A stretch of 63,320 nucleotides of DNA, counting the filler, from Octopus bimaculoides (Eukaryota), in assembly GCF_001194135.2 (NCBI RefSeq). It is 5 parts of 3 records of this genome, joined end to end, with 100 filler letters (N's around TTAATTAATTAA, not from the genome) between each part and the next. Parts side by side here need not be neighbours in the genome. Positions count along the whole stretch, not along the records: positions 34,049 to 56,044 come from NC_068997.1; positions 56,145 to 63,320 come from NC_068985.1; 3 more parts are not named here. One strand, 5' to 3'. The position numbers and the translations under genes are program-made. The notes below the pieces were generated by a model. It worked only from the letters and a program-made list of their open reading frames with translations, was not told the DNA's origin and did no database searches. This document shows positions 49,820 through 63,320 of this stretch, piece by piece (the stretch's first letter is position 1; every line of letters starts with the position of its first letter).

Positions 49820-50645
49820 GCCTTTGCACAGCTTCTAGCGCTGGAGATGTACTACAGTGTCAGTTGTTCACTGCTATTGAACTAAGGTAATACCTCTTAT
49901 TTTTCGAGCACCTTCCAGAGTATTCGAGCGGTTCCAAGCAGAGGTGTTTTCTGCAAGTACTCCACCCTTATTGCAGGCCCTATGTATTCCACGTATTTCT
50001 CGAGATTTTTGCTCACTGTTCCCAGAACTCCGGCAATTATTGGTACTACTGCTACCTTTTTTATCGACCACAGCTGCTTAACTTCCCAAGCTAACCTGCT
50101 ATATCACTCAACTTTTCTTTCTTCCTTATCGCATACCTTGTTGTCTGCTGGGCATACAATATCTATGATCCAGCATAGTTTGTTTTCTTACTCAATTAAG
50201 ACTATGTCTGGCTTCCTATTCTCTATCTCATGGTCGTACTGAATCATAAAATCCCATAGGATCTTTGCATTTCTATTTTCGACGATGCCTTCAGGTGTGT
50301 GATCGTACCAATTTTTTGCTCTGTCAAGTCCATACTTGTTGCAAAGTGTCCAATGGACAAGCATGGTTATATTGTCGTGGCGTCTCTTATATTCCTTCTG
50401 GGCTAGTAGCGTACATTGGCTGGTAATATGCCATATGGTTTCACCATTTTGTCCACTGATTCAGCACTTATCACTTTCTGCTGTGTTGTCTATTCTGTAG
50501 TTTATGTAGTTTAGTGCTTGCTTTTGAGTAGCACAGATTAGAGCCTCCGTTTCCGGTTTTAAATCACTTTTAGTCACCCACAGCCATCTTTTTTCTCTGT
50601 CTGTCTTATCTTCAACATCCCTATGAAATTTTATTCGTTTTCAAT
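49820..50645 (-). mobile_element. 5'-truncated R4/Dong-like LINE embedded in (TAA)n
   Basis: Minus strand SDLKPETEALICA, ETIWHITSQC.LLAQKEYKRRHD, ILWDF, NRKPDIVLI, IIDIVCPAD, VVPIIAGVLG, stop at 49897; TAA repeats on both flanks. Confidence 0.88.
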
Positions 50646-50686
50646 TTCTTGTATAGTGCGCAATATTATTATTATTATTATTATTA

Positions 50687-50718
<32 letters not shown>

Positions 50719-50720
50719 TA

Positions 50721-50938
50721 AAGGCAGCAAGCTGCCAGAATCATGAGTGCGCAGGGCGAAATGCTTAGAGGCATTTAGTTCGTCGTTATGTTCTGAGTTC
50801 AAATTCCACTGAGATCGACTTTGCCGTTCATCCTTTCGAGGTCGATAAATTAAGTACAAGTGAAACACTGGAGTCAGTGTGATCTACTTACCCCTCCTCA
50901 CAAAATCTAGGCCTTGTGCCTATAGTAAAAAGGATTAT
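50721..50938 (+). mobile_element. SINE family B ending gaaaggattatt
   Basis: Full head to tail, inserted next to (ATT)n. Confidence 0.8.
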
Positions 50939-51329
50939 TATTGTTGTTGTTATTGGGTGAGAGAGCAGCGCATGCCATCAAAGTGACACTGGGGTACAAA
51001 TATACAAAGCTCAATACACCCATCATGACTACCCGTCTGATAGGGGTACACCAGGCACATGCATCACAACTATATGTGCGTGACATGGTGATCTCATATC
51101 AAGATAAACAGTGCTTGACTTTGCAGGTGGAGCCCAGTCAGAATTTTCTTCGGGTCGAATAGCCAATCCTGCTCAAAAAGTCCCTGAATAAGGTTTGTCT
51201 TAAAGATGATGAACAAACACCCATTTTCCAGAGGTGAATAATTCAAACCCTGAGGCAGCGAGCTGACAGAATCGTTCAGATGAGGACTGGGGTAGCCATA
51301 TTGGTCAAGCACTAAGTTATGATGGCGGC

Positions 51330-53050
51330 AATTTAGATATTCGCCACTTCTACTCGATCTTTCATGGATAACTTCCTTTAAGTCCGATTCTGGGTGAGAT
51401 TGGCAGCTCTGCGCATAACCTTGATGCAGTCTTTGGTCACCTGAAAATCTGGAATGATCCAGACTTTGAAAGTTTAACCAATCCGTCTGTTCAGCGACCT
51501 ACCTCACTATTGGGTGGTGTAGTATTTCCTCTCCAGATACCAAGGTGCAAGTTCACCGACTTGTCTCGATTTATATTTGATCTTGCGATCGCTTTGTATT
51601 GCTTTAGATTTATGCCTACTACTTCTCCTTCAGTGTTGTCGATACCATTACAGTAGCATCGTCTGCATACGCCAACACAGCTCTTACGCAGTTCAACACA
51701 AATGCAAATCTTTTCATTAGGTTTAGTTTACACAGCAATGGAATGAGAACCAGTATGTATAGAAGAGACGAGAAAGCACACCCCTGACTGATCGAACATG
51801 TGATATGAAACGATTTCGACTGGTGGCACTTCACTTTGACCACTGACCATGTGCCACTAGGAATTGCTGCAACTTATCCTCTGAAAATGATCGTCAATCC
51901 TATAGAAAACAAGGGGGAAATTCTGAGATTTTTGTATGTTGCAGTGGCATCTCAGTAAAAATCTAATTAATAATATATGACGGTCGCAGTTTAGTGTTCT
52001 GTTTTCCGAGTGACATTGTGTCACGATACAGTTGGCTCAGATATCCGTCCATAGTGTAGATATCTTCGTTTAAAATTTGCTATGTAGACATAGGAGGGTA
52101 TTTTCTGGAATAAAATCTTGCATGTACTGATCATTTTGATTAGTTCGATGGTAAAAAGCAAATTTGTGATTGTTATTTTGACCTATGCATTCATCTTTCC
52201 ACCAATGATTAGGATATGGTCATGTCATACCAATGATTAATTTGATCTCGCATAACAACGCAAGGCGGTTCTTTGTGAAAATCTGAGTTCAGCTTTCGTG
52301 ATTCAAATGGATGAGTTTGAACAATGTAATGAAGGTTCTAGGAAGCTTCTTCTCTCCGCTGTTTTGTATCAAAGTTGAGGAGATTTCCTACCTCAACATT
52401 GTCGGTTTCTTAATTTTGTCCATGCTGAACTAAACATGAAAGCTCGTGGTAATTTACGTCTTCTCCATTTCGCTAAAAGTGAGGATCTTGAATGCATATG
52501 GTGTCTCTGTTTGCGGTTGCAGATGTCACTAATACATGTTAACCGATTGATGGGATTTAGAGTTCACACAGCGATGTTTTACATTATTGCTGTGCGTTTG
52601 CATTTTAATAATGGTGAGCTTTGACCTGAATCATGACTTTTTGAGTGCTGGGCCATAACTTGCACCACAACTGAATGTGTCTCTTTTTAAATGAGTGATG
52701 GCAATCTGACTGAAAGATTTCGTTGTGGAATAGAGATTTGAATGAATTCTTTCGTTAGCTAATAACGACTCCAGAACAATAGACGTTAGCAGCAATACAT
52801 TTTAAGAAAACTGATGGTCCTGGTCATTGTCTTCAGAGAGTTTTCTCTGCTCAACATCGTGTGAGTGTCGCTGTTGGTCAGTGGAGGATCCTTTAGCGGA
52901 GACTACTAACTCATCGTGCTATTTTCTATAGTTCCATCTGTAACTCAAGGCTGTGTAGATTACGGGTACTTTGCTTTTCCAAAGGGCAAGCTGTATTCGG
53001 TCTAGGACGAGGTAATTCCATATACGACGGTCACCCCTATTTCTAAAGAC
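51330..53050 (-). mobile_element. Heavily decayed L1/Tx1-like LINE
   Basis: SISQGCAFSSLLYILVLIPLL...LAYADDATVMV RT motifs at 51619-51843. The rest of the extent is estimated from weaker remnants. Confidence 0.6.
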
Positions 53051-54640
53051 AGTTCTCCCTGACTCAATTCTCAGACATGCCAAGTAGAAGTTTTCTCAAT
53101 ATACAATAGCGTTCAAGATATATCTTTGGGAGATAGGTCGTATACGTATATGTATGTTTATGTTTGTATGTACGGAACTAATTATATCTGTACGTATATG
53201 CAATCCTCTCTCAATCCTCTCTCCAGGATTTACGTAAAAAGTATTTCATTATTAAAAGATTATATGTTATTATACAAGAGAATGAAATAAATAGATCAGA
53301 AGTAAACTGCTTGACGTAAGGATCGATCTTGATTCCTGCTTGTAGCCATCTAGTATTCTTTACGCCACTACACTTGACAACGGCGTGGAGGTAATAAGGT
53401 TTCCCACTTTTTCCTTTTTGCTTGGTTCGAAGAAAGTGATAAAGTAAGAATATGTAGAAATTTTATTTTTATTTTTAGAGAGAGCAAGAGGTGATCTTTC
53501 ATTGAAATGAAACAACGAACAATCAATTCACTGATTTAGGCTAATAATTCTGCAGAGAAATGCATGAACATCACAACTACGCATTCTCCATTATCTTTCT
53601 AAAAGCCTCCATCATCAATATATTTCAGTGACGTTACTACGAAAGATTAGATATTTTATATCACGAAACTTTCAATTAAAATGTCGAATATTATCCCCTT
53701 ATAATGTGCCAAGCTGCTGCAACCAAGGATTTAATGCCAAAGCCAGTGTTCAGGATTGCTATGTATGCAAATGTGTATGGCTTCCAATGTAGCTTAATCC
53801 TCGATTGTGTCTAATATGAAAAGCCCAACTTTCAGAAATAGGTTGAACCGAAGCTACAATGGGTCAGTTAACAGCAATATACTTCCGCTGTGATCGACTA
53901 AAATTAATTCCGCGATTGACCAATCGATAATAATCGATATGTTGGCTCTGCCAGCTCTATGTAGACAATAACCACGTAAAAGTTGAATTAATATTTTCAC
54001 ATTATTCTCCTTAATATCACAATTTTGGACAAAATATTTTGCTTAAAATATTTCAAAATTTTATTTTGCATGTACAATAAACACGCGCGGGCACGTCGTT
54101 TCAAGCACGCATAGATGCTTAGATTACATGCATGCCTACATATATAAGCACACATGGACATGCACATGAACATGTATCAACACATATCTACATACATGAA
54201 CAGGCACCTACGTATTCACATGTGTAGATATACAAGGCGTTGTCACAATGTTTTCCGTCTTATTCATCTATATCATTTAATGTATAAACTAAAGCATACA
54301 GATTCGCTTTGCAAAGGTATCCATGCGCACATGCATACATATATGCAAGTGTGTATGCGTGTATACATACAATAATACATATATGCTGGTTACCCCGTTG
54401 ATATTGTCTAAATTCAATTAAAGAATTTTGTTTGTAGGTTAGAAACCTGTTCTTTCTCTAATGCTGAGTAATTGAAAATAAAACCAGATTTACTTCCATA
54501 TACACAGATGAACACACACGTACATACATACATACATACATACATACATACATACTCACATGCATACATACATACGTAGACAGACATACAGACACACAGA
54601 CACACAGACACACAGACACACAGACACACAGATAGATAGC

Positions 54641-54698
<58 letters not shown>

Positions 54699-55135
54699 TA
54701 GATACGTTTATGAATTTGTGTTGCAAGATCCCTGATGGGAAACCGTGTGTTGAAATAGATATTGTTATATTTCGAGAGAAGAACGAATATATAGTGCGTG
54801 TGTTTATTTGGCGAAAAAATATGGCCGTCCCGAAATATATATATATATATATAATAATAATACAAATAATATGTGAGTATATGCATATATACGTACATGT
54901 ATGTACATACCTACATCTACATGTATATATAGATGCATATCTGGGTACAGGACGTCGCAAAAAAAATGTGGAAAATTGAAAAACAGAACATAAACAGAGC
55001 ACAGAAAACACACAAGCCACATAGAGAACATTTCCTTCATCAGCTGCCACCATTCTAAAACTAAGCGTTTCGAAGACGCACATACATAATTAGATATAAA
55101 CACCCATTACATCGATGCATGTCAATCCACACATT

Positions 55136-55225
55136 CGAGGGTCGGCTGAAAAGTTTATAGGTTGACCAAAATACTTTCGTGGAATCTCACCAAATGAGGT
55201 TTATTTTTCAACATCGTATACTCTC
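55136..55225 (+). mobile_element. Isolated mariner-like terminus
   Basis: cgaggggtcggctgaaaagtttataggttgacc resembles mariner CGAGGG TIRs; no partner found. Confidence 0.45.
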
Positions 55226-55338
55226 GTATATTTCTTACGATTTTGTCAACATCAAAAATACTACGGTTAAATAATAACTGCAAGATGTAGTCTTTCAAGC
55301 TTCACCATCAACATCCCTGTTACAACCAGCAACAACAA

Positions 55339-55378
<40 letters not shown>

Positions 55379-56899
55379 GCCGCCATCATCAATATTTACA
55401 TATCACGCATGCATATTCCATGTTTATTCCGCACACATATCACACATTTATACAGGCACACACACGAACACAGACACGCAGGCACACACACACAAACACA
55501 TATATGTATGCATATAGATACGTCCGTGTGTGTGTGTGTATGTGTGTGATGTGCATGCGTTTGTGTATTTGTTTGCAAGCGAGTTTGTCTAAGTCAACCT
55601 GGCTACTGACCATATTTGTGGCAGTTGGTGGTTTACGTGTCTGTATTTATTTTGTATGTGAAGTGTGTTTGTATGGGTTAATTTAATGAATCACTCATTC
55701 ATAAGCTCTTATTCATAGATTTGACTCTTTCAATGTATATTTGTGTAGTGTCAACTAAATGTGTGCGCTTCTACAACACTACACACGTGACTGTATATCT
55801 GTAATAAGTGTGCGAGCGTGTCTGTGCGTTTGTGTGTGAGTATATGAGTATGCGTGTACAGGTAAGAAAGAAAGAGGGGAAAGAGAAAGGAGGAGAGAGT
55901 TTACCTTTGTAAATGTAGCTATAATCTTTTACTACATATGTTCAATTATTCTCTATACATGGAACAATAAGTCCGACATAATACGTGTATAAAATGTCCA
56001 CCATAACAAACTGTATATAAATATACTTGTATATATATATATATNNNNNNNNNNNNNNNNNNNNNNNNNNNNNNNNNNNNNNNNNNNNTTAATTAATTAA
56101 NNNNNNNNNNNNNNNNNNNNNNNNNNNNNNNNNNNNNNNNNNNNTATATATATATATATATTAACAATTTCGTATAGTGGTGGAATTTCTCACGCAGAAC
56201 ACGGTTTACTTTGAACATTTTTGACAAGATTTCGCATTTTAGAAGTTATTTCTTGTAAAAGTTGTCCTATTTGGGTAATTTTAACCAATCGACGATGTGT
56301 ATTCAGTTGAAGAAAGCTACTGCTATTTATATAGGTATATATATATGCATTTATCTATGCATGCATCTATGTACATATTTAATGTCAGTCTAGGTGTGGT
56401 GTGTAGGTGTCTTTATGTTTGTCTCCATACCGCCTGACAACCGGGGTTGGCTCGTTTACACCTCCGTAACCTATCTATCTGGCGTAAGTAACCTGTAACC
56501 ATGTACCACAGGGTCGATTCGTTTGACTAAAACGCTTCGAGGCGGTGTCCCAACATGGTCATAGTCCAATGATTGAATGAAGTGAAAAAAAAACAATAGA
56601 CTAAAAGAAACTGCCCTGTTTTAATGTTTTACTGACATTATTTTCAAAATGTCGTAGAAGAAAATTGCTTATAATTGTTTTGTTTTTGTTCTTGTTTTTT
56701 TCACATCAAATGTTCACATCGACTGATATAGTAACTTATACAAAAATTTATATAACTTTTTTATCTTCTTTCTCAGAAAAGTAGTCTGTATTTGGCGGAT
56801 GTGATGAAGCTGGTAGGGATGATAATGATGATGACGTTGTTGAAAGTGGTGAGTCTGATGTTGCTGGGGTGGTCGTTATGGTGGTGTGGAGTGTTGTGG

Positions 56900-57325
56900 A
56901 GATGAATGTGATGATAGCGATAATAATGACGACGATAAAATGATGGTGGTGGTGATGGTGGTTGTGATGGTGGTGATGGTGGTGGTGATGACGATAATAG
57001 TAGTGGTAGTCGTGATATGCTTATGAGTGATTACGATGAAACGATGATGATGATGATGGTTCTGGTGGAGGTGATGGTGGTAGTGGTGTTGGCAATGATG
57101 ACAACGACGATGACGATGATCATGATGATGATGTGACGTTTGTGTAGGTGGCGGTAGTGGCAGCAGTAAAATGGTGTTGATGGTCGTGGCGGTGTTGGTA
57201 ATATCGCTGGTGTTAGTGCTATTGCTACTGCTGCTACTGATGATGATGCTGCTGACATTTTGAAGGCAGTAGTGACGGTGTTTTTGTTGTTGTTGTTGTT
57301 GCTGCTGCTGAGGATATTGGATGTG

Positions 57326-57399
<74 letters not shown>

Positions 57400-57415
57400 C
57401 ATCATCATCATCATT
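56900..57415. repeat. Degenerate (GAT/GGT)n and (ATT)n trinucleotide field
   Basis: Direct inspection; source of the poly-N/Q/H/T ORFs. Confidence 0.9.
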
Positions 57416-58522
57416 GAGTGATAGAGCAACGCATGCCATCAAAGTGATACTGAGGTACAATATACGAAGCCCAGTATACCCATCATGACTACCTACCTGA
57501 TAAGGGTACACGAGGCATATGCATCACAACCATATCAGCACGACATGTTGAGCTCATATCAAGATAAACGGGTGAAGTCCAGTTAGAATTTTCTCAGGGC
57601 TGAGTAGCCCATCCCGCTCAAAATGCCCCTGACTAAAGGTTGTTTAAAGATGTTGAACGAAACACCCATGTTTCCAGAGGTAAATTATTCAAACCCAAAA
57701 GAATTCCTCTCAACATGATGTTCCGCAACTATTTCTGCTCATGATCAGAGAGGCACATATCGTCAACCACCAAGGGACATGCCCAACTGGTTAAGGTCAA
57801 GTAAATATGTGGTAATGAGGAGAATATTTGCTGTAGCCCATCTTTATATATCAAGACAAATCATGTACATGATGACACCTCTAAATCACTTAAGATCAGA
57901 AGCCATGAAAGCCAATGACTCGTACTGCATCAGGGTGTATCAGAATATTTGCTGTATCCTATCTTTTTATACCAAGTCAAAACATATACATAACACCTTC
58001 AATTACTGAAGATCAGAAGCCACGAGAGCCAGTATCCTCTTCTTCTTCTTCTTCTTCTTCTTCTTCTTCTTCTTCTTCTTCTTCTTCTTCTTCTCCTCCT
58101 CCTCCTCCTCCTCCTCCTCCTCCTCCTTCTTCTTNNNNNNNNNNTCAATATTCCTTGTGCTAAGAAACGTGTGAATATACTCAACGTCAGAAACGTATTT
58201 TCTTTTAAAATACTATTTACGATATTTATCTGAAAAGCAGTAATTCCCACGGTCGGCACAGTATTCATATTTTAGTTAACAACATAATATCACAATAGAT
58301 GATGACATTTAGGAACAGCTGAACACTGTCCTCTACAGATATGTGATATTATCGAAATTTTCTATCGAATCATATAGGTTAAAGTATTCCCAATATTTGA
58401 AGCTCAACAGTTATATTTTTGATGTATCTCAGGCTTTCATTTTATAGATCTAAACGTTAAAATATGTTAAGATGTTACAAGTCCAAACGCGGTTACCATT
58501 CCTGTCAATATTAGCATCGACG

Positions 58523-58970
58523 AAGGCGGAAAGCTCGCAGAATCGTTAACACGCCGGGGAAAATTCTCTAGCGGCATTTCGTCCGTCTTTACATTCTGAG
58601 ATCAAATTCCACTGCGATCGACTTTGCCTTTTATCTTTTCGTGGTCGGTAATAAATACCAGTTGAACATGGATGAGTGTGTGTGTGGCGGGGGGTGTCTA
58701 ATCGACTTAACCCTTCTCCCGAAATTGTTGGCCTTGTGCCAAAATTTGAAATCTATATTTTATTGGCCTTCAAGGCGGCGGCCGGGAAAAATGCTCTAGC
58801 GGCATTTCGTCCGTTTTTACATTCTGAGTTCAAATTCCACCGAGGTCGACTTTGCCTTTTATCCTTTGGGGCTAGATAAAATAAATACCAGCTGAACAAA
58901 ACGGTCGATGAAATCGACTTAATCCCTCTTCCGAAATTGCTGGCCTTGGGCTAACATTTGAAATCAACAT
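58523..58970 (+). mobile_element. Two tandem SINEs, family B
   Basis: Same head and body as 38084-38500. Confidence 0.8.
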
Positions 58971-59734
58971 TAGCATCGATGTAAAGTTTTCTGGTCGATA
59001 TTTTGTTAAGCAGAATATTACTCATTCCTTTTTTTTTTCTGTAAGGTAGAACTGTCCAGCAGGTAGAATTATCGCATGAGATATCATGAACGACCGTATG
59101 ATTCTTGAGGAGTTTACAAGTTTGGGTGGGGCGGCTTATGTGTTGTCACAGTGACTCGAAGAGCTACGCCAGTGGAGCACAAGTTCTTGGTAAGGCTTTC
59201 ATACTTGAAAGTTGAATGTAGTGAAAACTGTTTTCTAAACCAAAACATTTAAATTAATAGTCTCTCGAACTCCCCTTTACCAATTAGCGTTTGTTACAAA
59301 AGCCAAGATAATGATGCAACCATAATTTGTGAAGGTGTTGCGATCAAAGATAGAGTTAGGTAAGAGTATAACATCAGACTTCGAAGAGTATGTTAGTCAC
59401 AACTGACCTCTTGCAGTTAGATGCATTATTAGTATCGACGTACTAGTGCCTACAGTTGAGATACTCAAGTAGATTACATTTGCTTCATGTTTATTAATAT
59501 CTACAAGATCCTGATATCAACGTATCAATGGAAAGATTTTACAAAGCTAATGATATTGCCAGGTTCTATGTTGGAGGGCAAAAGAACGAGGAAAAGAGTT
59601 GATGATCATTTTAAATGTTAACTTGCTAGAATTAGCAACCAAATACTCCTCAAAGCTGTCGTATCATAAGGGATAACTTATACACTATTTCTGAATGTCT
59701 TTCATTTTAAGTTTGCTCAATCAGAGTTACTCAG

Positions 59735-59880
59735 ATAAGTCCTTTGTTCTCTACGGAGCATAGGCCACTGTTTTCAACTCTGGGCTGTCTTTTCTGCTAC
59801 TCTCCAGCAGGATTCCTGCCTTTTCAGCTCTGCCTCAGTATCGTCCTGCCAATTTAGTCTGCTCTATCGGGAGGGTGAAG
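59735..59880 (-). mobile_element. RTE-type LINE 3' terminus fragment
   Basis: Minus strand ...WRxxxEAE..., ending ggcctatgctcc; short. Confidence 0.45.
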
Positions 59881-59892
59881 GCGAGTTTTGAT

Positions 59893-60290
59893 GATGTCCA
59901 TTTCTGTCAAGTAGTTAGTTACCAGGATTAAGTTGTAGGCTGGTGAATTGTCTTGGTGTACGTGCTCAGGCCTTTTTCAACAAAATTTCTTCCTGAACTC
60001 CCTTAAAACATTCGCAAAGTAATCTTTGTTAACCGTCTGGCCAGAGGGAACCCAATGGATGTAGATGATACCCTTGCTGTTGAAAAATGAAATCATCATG
60101 AGATTCCGAGTGGACTTGATTTGCCTAACCTCTTGTGCCAGTGGAAAACATACCCAGCTTATACATGTTCATCCGTAAGCAGCCTGGAACATTTAATATG
60201 CTTTTCGTAGCTTTTTAACCCAGTTTACCAGAAAACTACTGCATAGTGACCTTCCAAGTTGTCTTCATGTCCCAGGCTAGTTAGCTGTGA
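59893..60290 (-). mobile_element. Mariner transposase catalytic-domain remnant
   Basis: MMISFFNSKGIIYIHWVPSGQTVNKDYF.NVLREFRK..KRPE..HQDNSPAY. Confidence 0.8.
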
Positions 60291-63283
60291 CAAGCAGTGT
60301 TTAGTAAGGTGTATTCATAGCGCTGTTACAGCTGTCTACTTCAATCTGGATAAACAAAAGTTAGAAGGTCAATTTAATAGAAGTGTAGTATTGAATGATA
60401 TACTAAAACTACACTAATCTAGGACAGTTATAACTGCTTCTCCTAAAACATTCGCAAATCTTCTGAAACGTACCTAGTTTACTGATCCTAGCGTCCTTTC
60501 TGTAATAAAACAACACTAACGTATGGATTCCATGATGTCTATTTTTATTTTACGGGCAGAGTATAATTATTTAAAAGTTGTCATTCGGTACGTTCTCACT
60601 CTTCTGTCCATATACATGCTTATGCATGTGCTGTCGCCTTATTAAACACGCAATCCTCTTAGAGAAATTTCTTTTTAACAGTTTCAGTAAAGTTCATAAA
60701 GAATGTGAAATCAATAAATTGGCCTTTTGGATGTTTTCATTTTCAGCAACAACATTCGTCCTTGCTATAGCAAACCAGTTTTCTATGTCAACTTGGCCTT
60801 AAAACTGAACATCAAATTCTAGTACACGTATTAAGCCTCTTACTGTTACATTTCCAATACGTAGTTTTCCCACGGCTTCTGTAAAAGCTTCAAAGTTTAT
60901 GGTGTATGTTTTACCGTTGATGTTGGCAAAGTATTTTCCTTCTGATTGAATTCAGCCATGATGATTTATCGCTGAAATTCTTCTTTTTATTTCAAATATA
61001 ACATTAAAATGATTTAAGATCATTCCTAGAAGATTTTAGATTTTTCCTATGATGATATTTCCTTTGCTTCTCTGCAATACCCAATCATATTCGTAAGAAG
61101 CAAAATTATTGGTGATTTGTGTATGCATGCAAGTAAGCAGTGCATCGTAAAAAAGGTTTTGGACTATAATAGTTCTAATCCGTTGCAGATGTATTGGGGA
61201 AAACAGGTTATTTACATTACTTCAGTTGCTCTAACTATCGGGAAATTAAATTCTCGCCCATTTAACGCCAGGAAGTCATGAAACTAAAATAAAGTAACTT
61301 CCCAGAGACGTCCTCGGTCTCCGAAAGTATTCTATTTTCCACAAATATATGTAAATGTATGTGCATATGTAAATGTATGCGAATGTATTACAATATAAAC
61401 TATTAAGACTTGAGTATATTTAGTAGCACAGCTTAAGCTGGCAAAGTGAAGAAAATCGCCTGCGTGAATTGACCTGTATATCTGTCGGCGACACTTCAAC
61501 CGCGTTAACCATAACACCAAAGTGACCCGATATTGGCGGCTGTCGAATTTAACACTAAAGGCATAGAGTGGGGCAAGCTACTGTCTATACTTTGATTTTG
61601 TATGAGACAATCTTGATTGATAGTTTTGACAGCCCTATTAATCTTCAGTGGCACAATCTCCCCCTGTTGTCAAGATAGCTTAGTCTCACACCAGGTAATT
61701 CTAAGCTGACTGAAACGATCTCAAGACATAACTGTATTATAATATAGGCAACTAAGATTCAAATATATTGGCAGTGAGATTGTGTTAGATTCTATCATAA
61801 AAAAAGTAAAAAGTGAAACACTTTTTAAGCCACTTTTTGTTTGACAATCACTGCCATCTCATTAGTTTTTATTAAAACACATCTATGTATTTTAGTTTTT
61901 TTTTTAAACTAATCGTGAACTTATACAGGTTTCGGAAACATTTATAACATTTTATTCCTTGATATATTTGTATTATATATTAAGTGGTGTTTGTATAAAA
62001 ATACAGATAAAATGTACAATATAAAGTTATTCAAATTTTATTTAAATGACACCAAGCAAAACGACTTATTAGCTAAAGTTATATTCTTTTATACTACTTA
62101 TTAAATGCTAATTATTATAGAAAATATTTGTATTGGTTGTGAATAGAGAACATTAACATTCGACTAACCTACTAGTAGTGAACAAAGACCCAACTGTGTC
62201 AGAAACTGCCAAAACGAACATTCCAAAGGCAAACCTCATTAGTCTGATATAGAACGTGTCACAGATACGACGACCTCAATTTATCTACCGAACGCAGTTT
62301 TCTGGTTACGTACAAAACGATACTCTGAGTGCGAGAAAAGAACAAAGACGTAGTTTTAAAATATTCGAAAACATGATGCAGATGCAATATGCTCTCCATA
62401 TCATAAGACGTTCTGGAGTAGTTAAAGCTCATAATAAACTAGTTTAAGGCAATACATGTTGTGATAACGAGAAATTGACAGTGTACCGTTTATAGACATC
62501 ACACTCATTGACGAAATAGACAATAAATTTAAAAGAATCCACCGAAAAATGTTAATCTAAGTAATCAAAAAGCACGGAAGATCCTTCACTGGTCATAGTT
62601 TCATGAGACCGGTTTACCTGATTCTGTGGCATATATATATAGCCACTCTGGAAGGGACATCAAGTCCATCGCAGGATTACTCTATTCTGCCAGCTGAGTG
62701 GGGCAGCATGAAATAAAGTAACAAGTACAGTTGTAGCTAAATTGACGGCGGGTGCTTGTCAGCACCAGCATTGCTAGAAACAACTCTCAGTCACGTGAGA
62801 GCAATTTCCTGACGGTTGACACGGGAGTCAGGCTCCCACTCTACGATAAGCGAGATGGAGTCATATCAGTGCTGGTTTCAGATTCAATCATTCATCAGCG
62901 ACCCATTACTCCGTTACAAGACCTTAATCCCCTTGTCAGCTTTATATAGAATACCATAGAAAACATTGATTTCGAAAATGGTGAAGTGAGTATTAGAAAA
63001 GTGCTCTCTTACATATACATATATACTCTTTTATTCTTTTATATGCTTCAGTCATTTGACTGCAGCCATGCTGGAGCACCGCCTTTAGTCGAACAATTTG
63101 ACCCTGGGACTCATTCTTTGTAAGCCTAATACTTATTCTGTCGGTCTCTTTGACCGAATCGCTAAGTTATGGGGACGTAAACACACCAGCATCGGTTGTC
63201 AAGCGATGGTGGGGGGTACAAACACACACACGCACACACACACAAACACACACACACACACACTCACACACACACACACACAT

Positions 63284-63320
<37 letters not shown>

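Noticed and set aside
55030-55075. GAAACGCT...CUGAUGA permuted hammerhead-like motif
   Set aside because: Stem I cannot form.

Overview
AT-rich, microsatellite-saturated animal genomic DNA from a gapped draft assembly (N runs, some with TTAATTAATTAA spacers). The repeat families (tRNA-derived SINEs, RTE and R4/Dong LINEs, mariners) look cephalopod, most likely octopus; this is inferred from recognising the repeats. Most ORFs in the supplied track are artefacts of simple repeats or gaps. Host-gene content found by reading splice sites: (1) a plus-strand gene with a signal-peptide exon (4037-4091) spliced in phase to an Ig-like domain exon (7103-7384), which may continue about 23 kb downstream into short exons that join into one transmembrane helix (30778-30822, 31361-31401); (2) two minus-strand exons (24450-24651, 21083-21162) that splice in frame into a Cys-rich folate-receptor/riboflavin-binding-family domain. 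If the plus-strand model holds, these folate-receptor-like exons lie antisense inside an intron of the Ig membrane gene. Mobile DNA includes a full-length decayed piggyBac with TTAA TSDs, mariner remnants, several MITEs, RTE, R4/Dong, L1/Tx1 and Gypsy fragments, and many SINEs. There is also a ~255-bp direct-repeat unit carrying a hammerhead-ribozyme core (retrozyme/Penelope-like).
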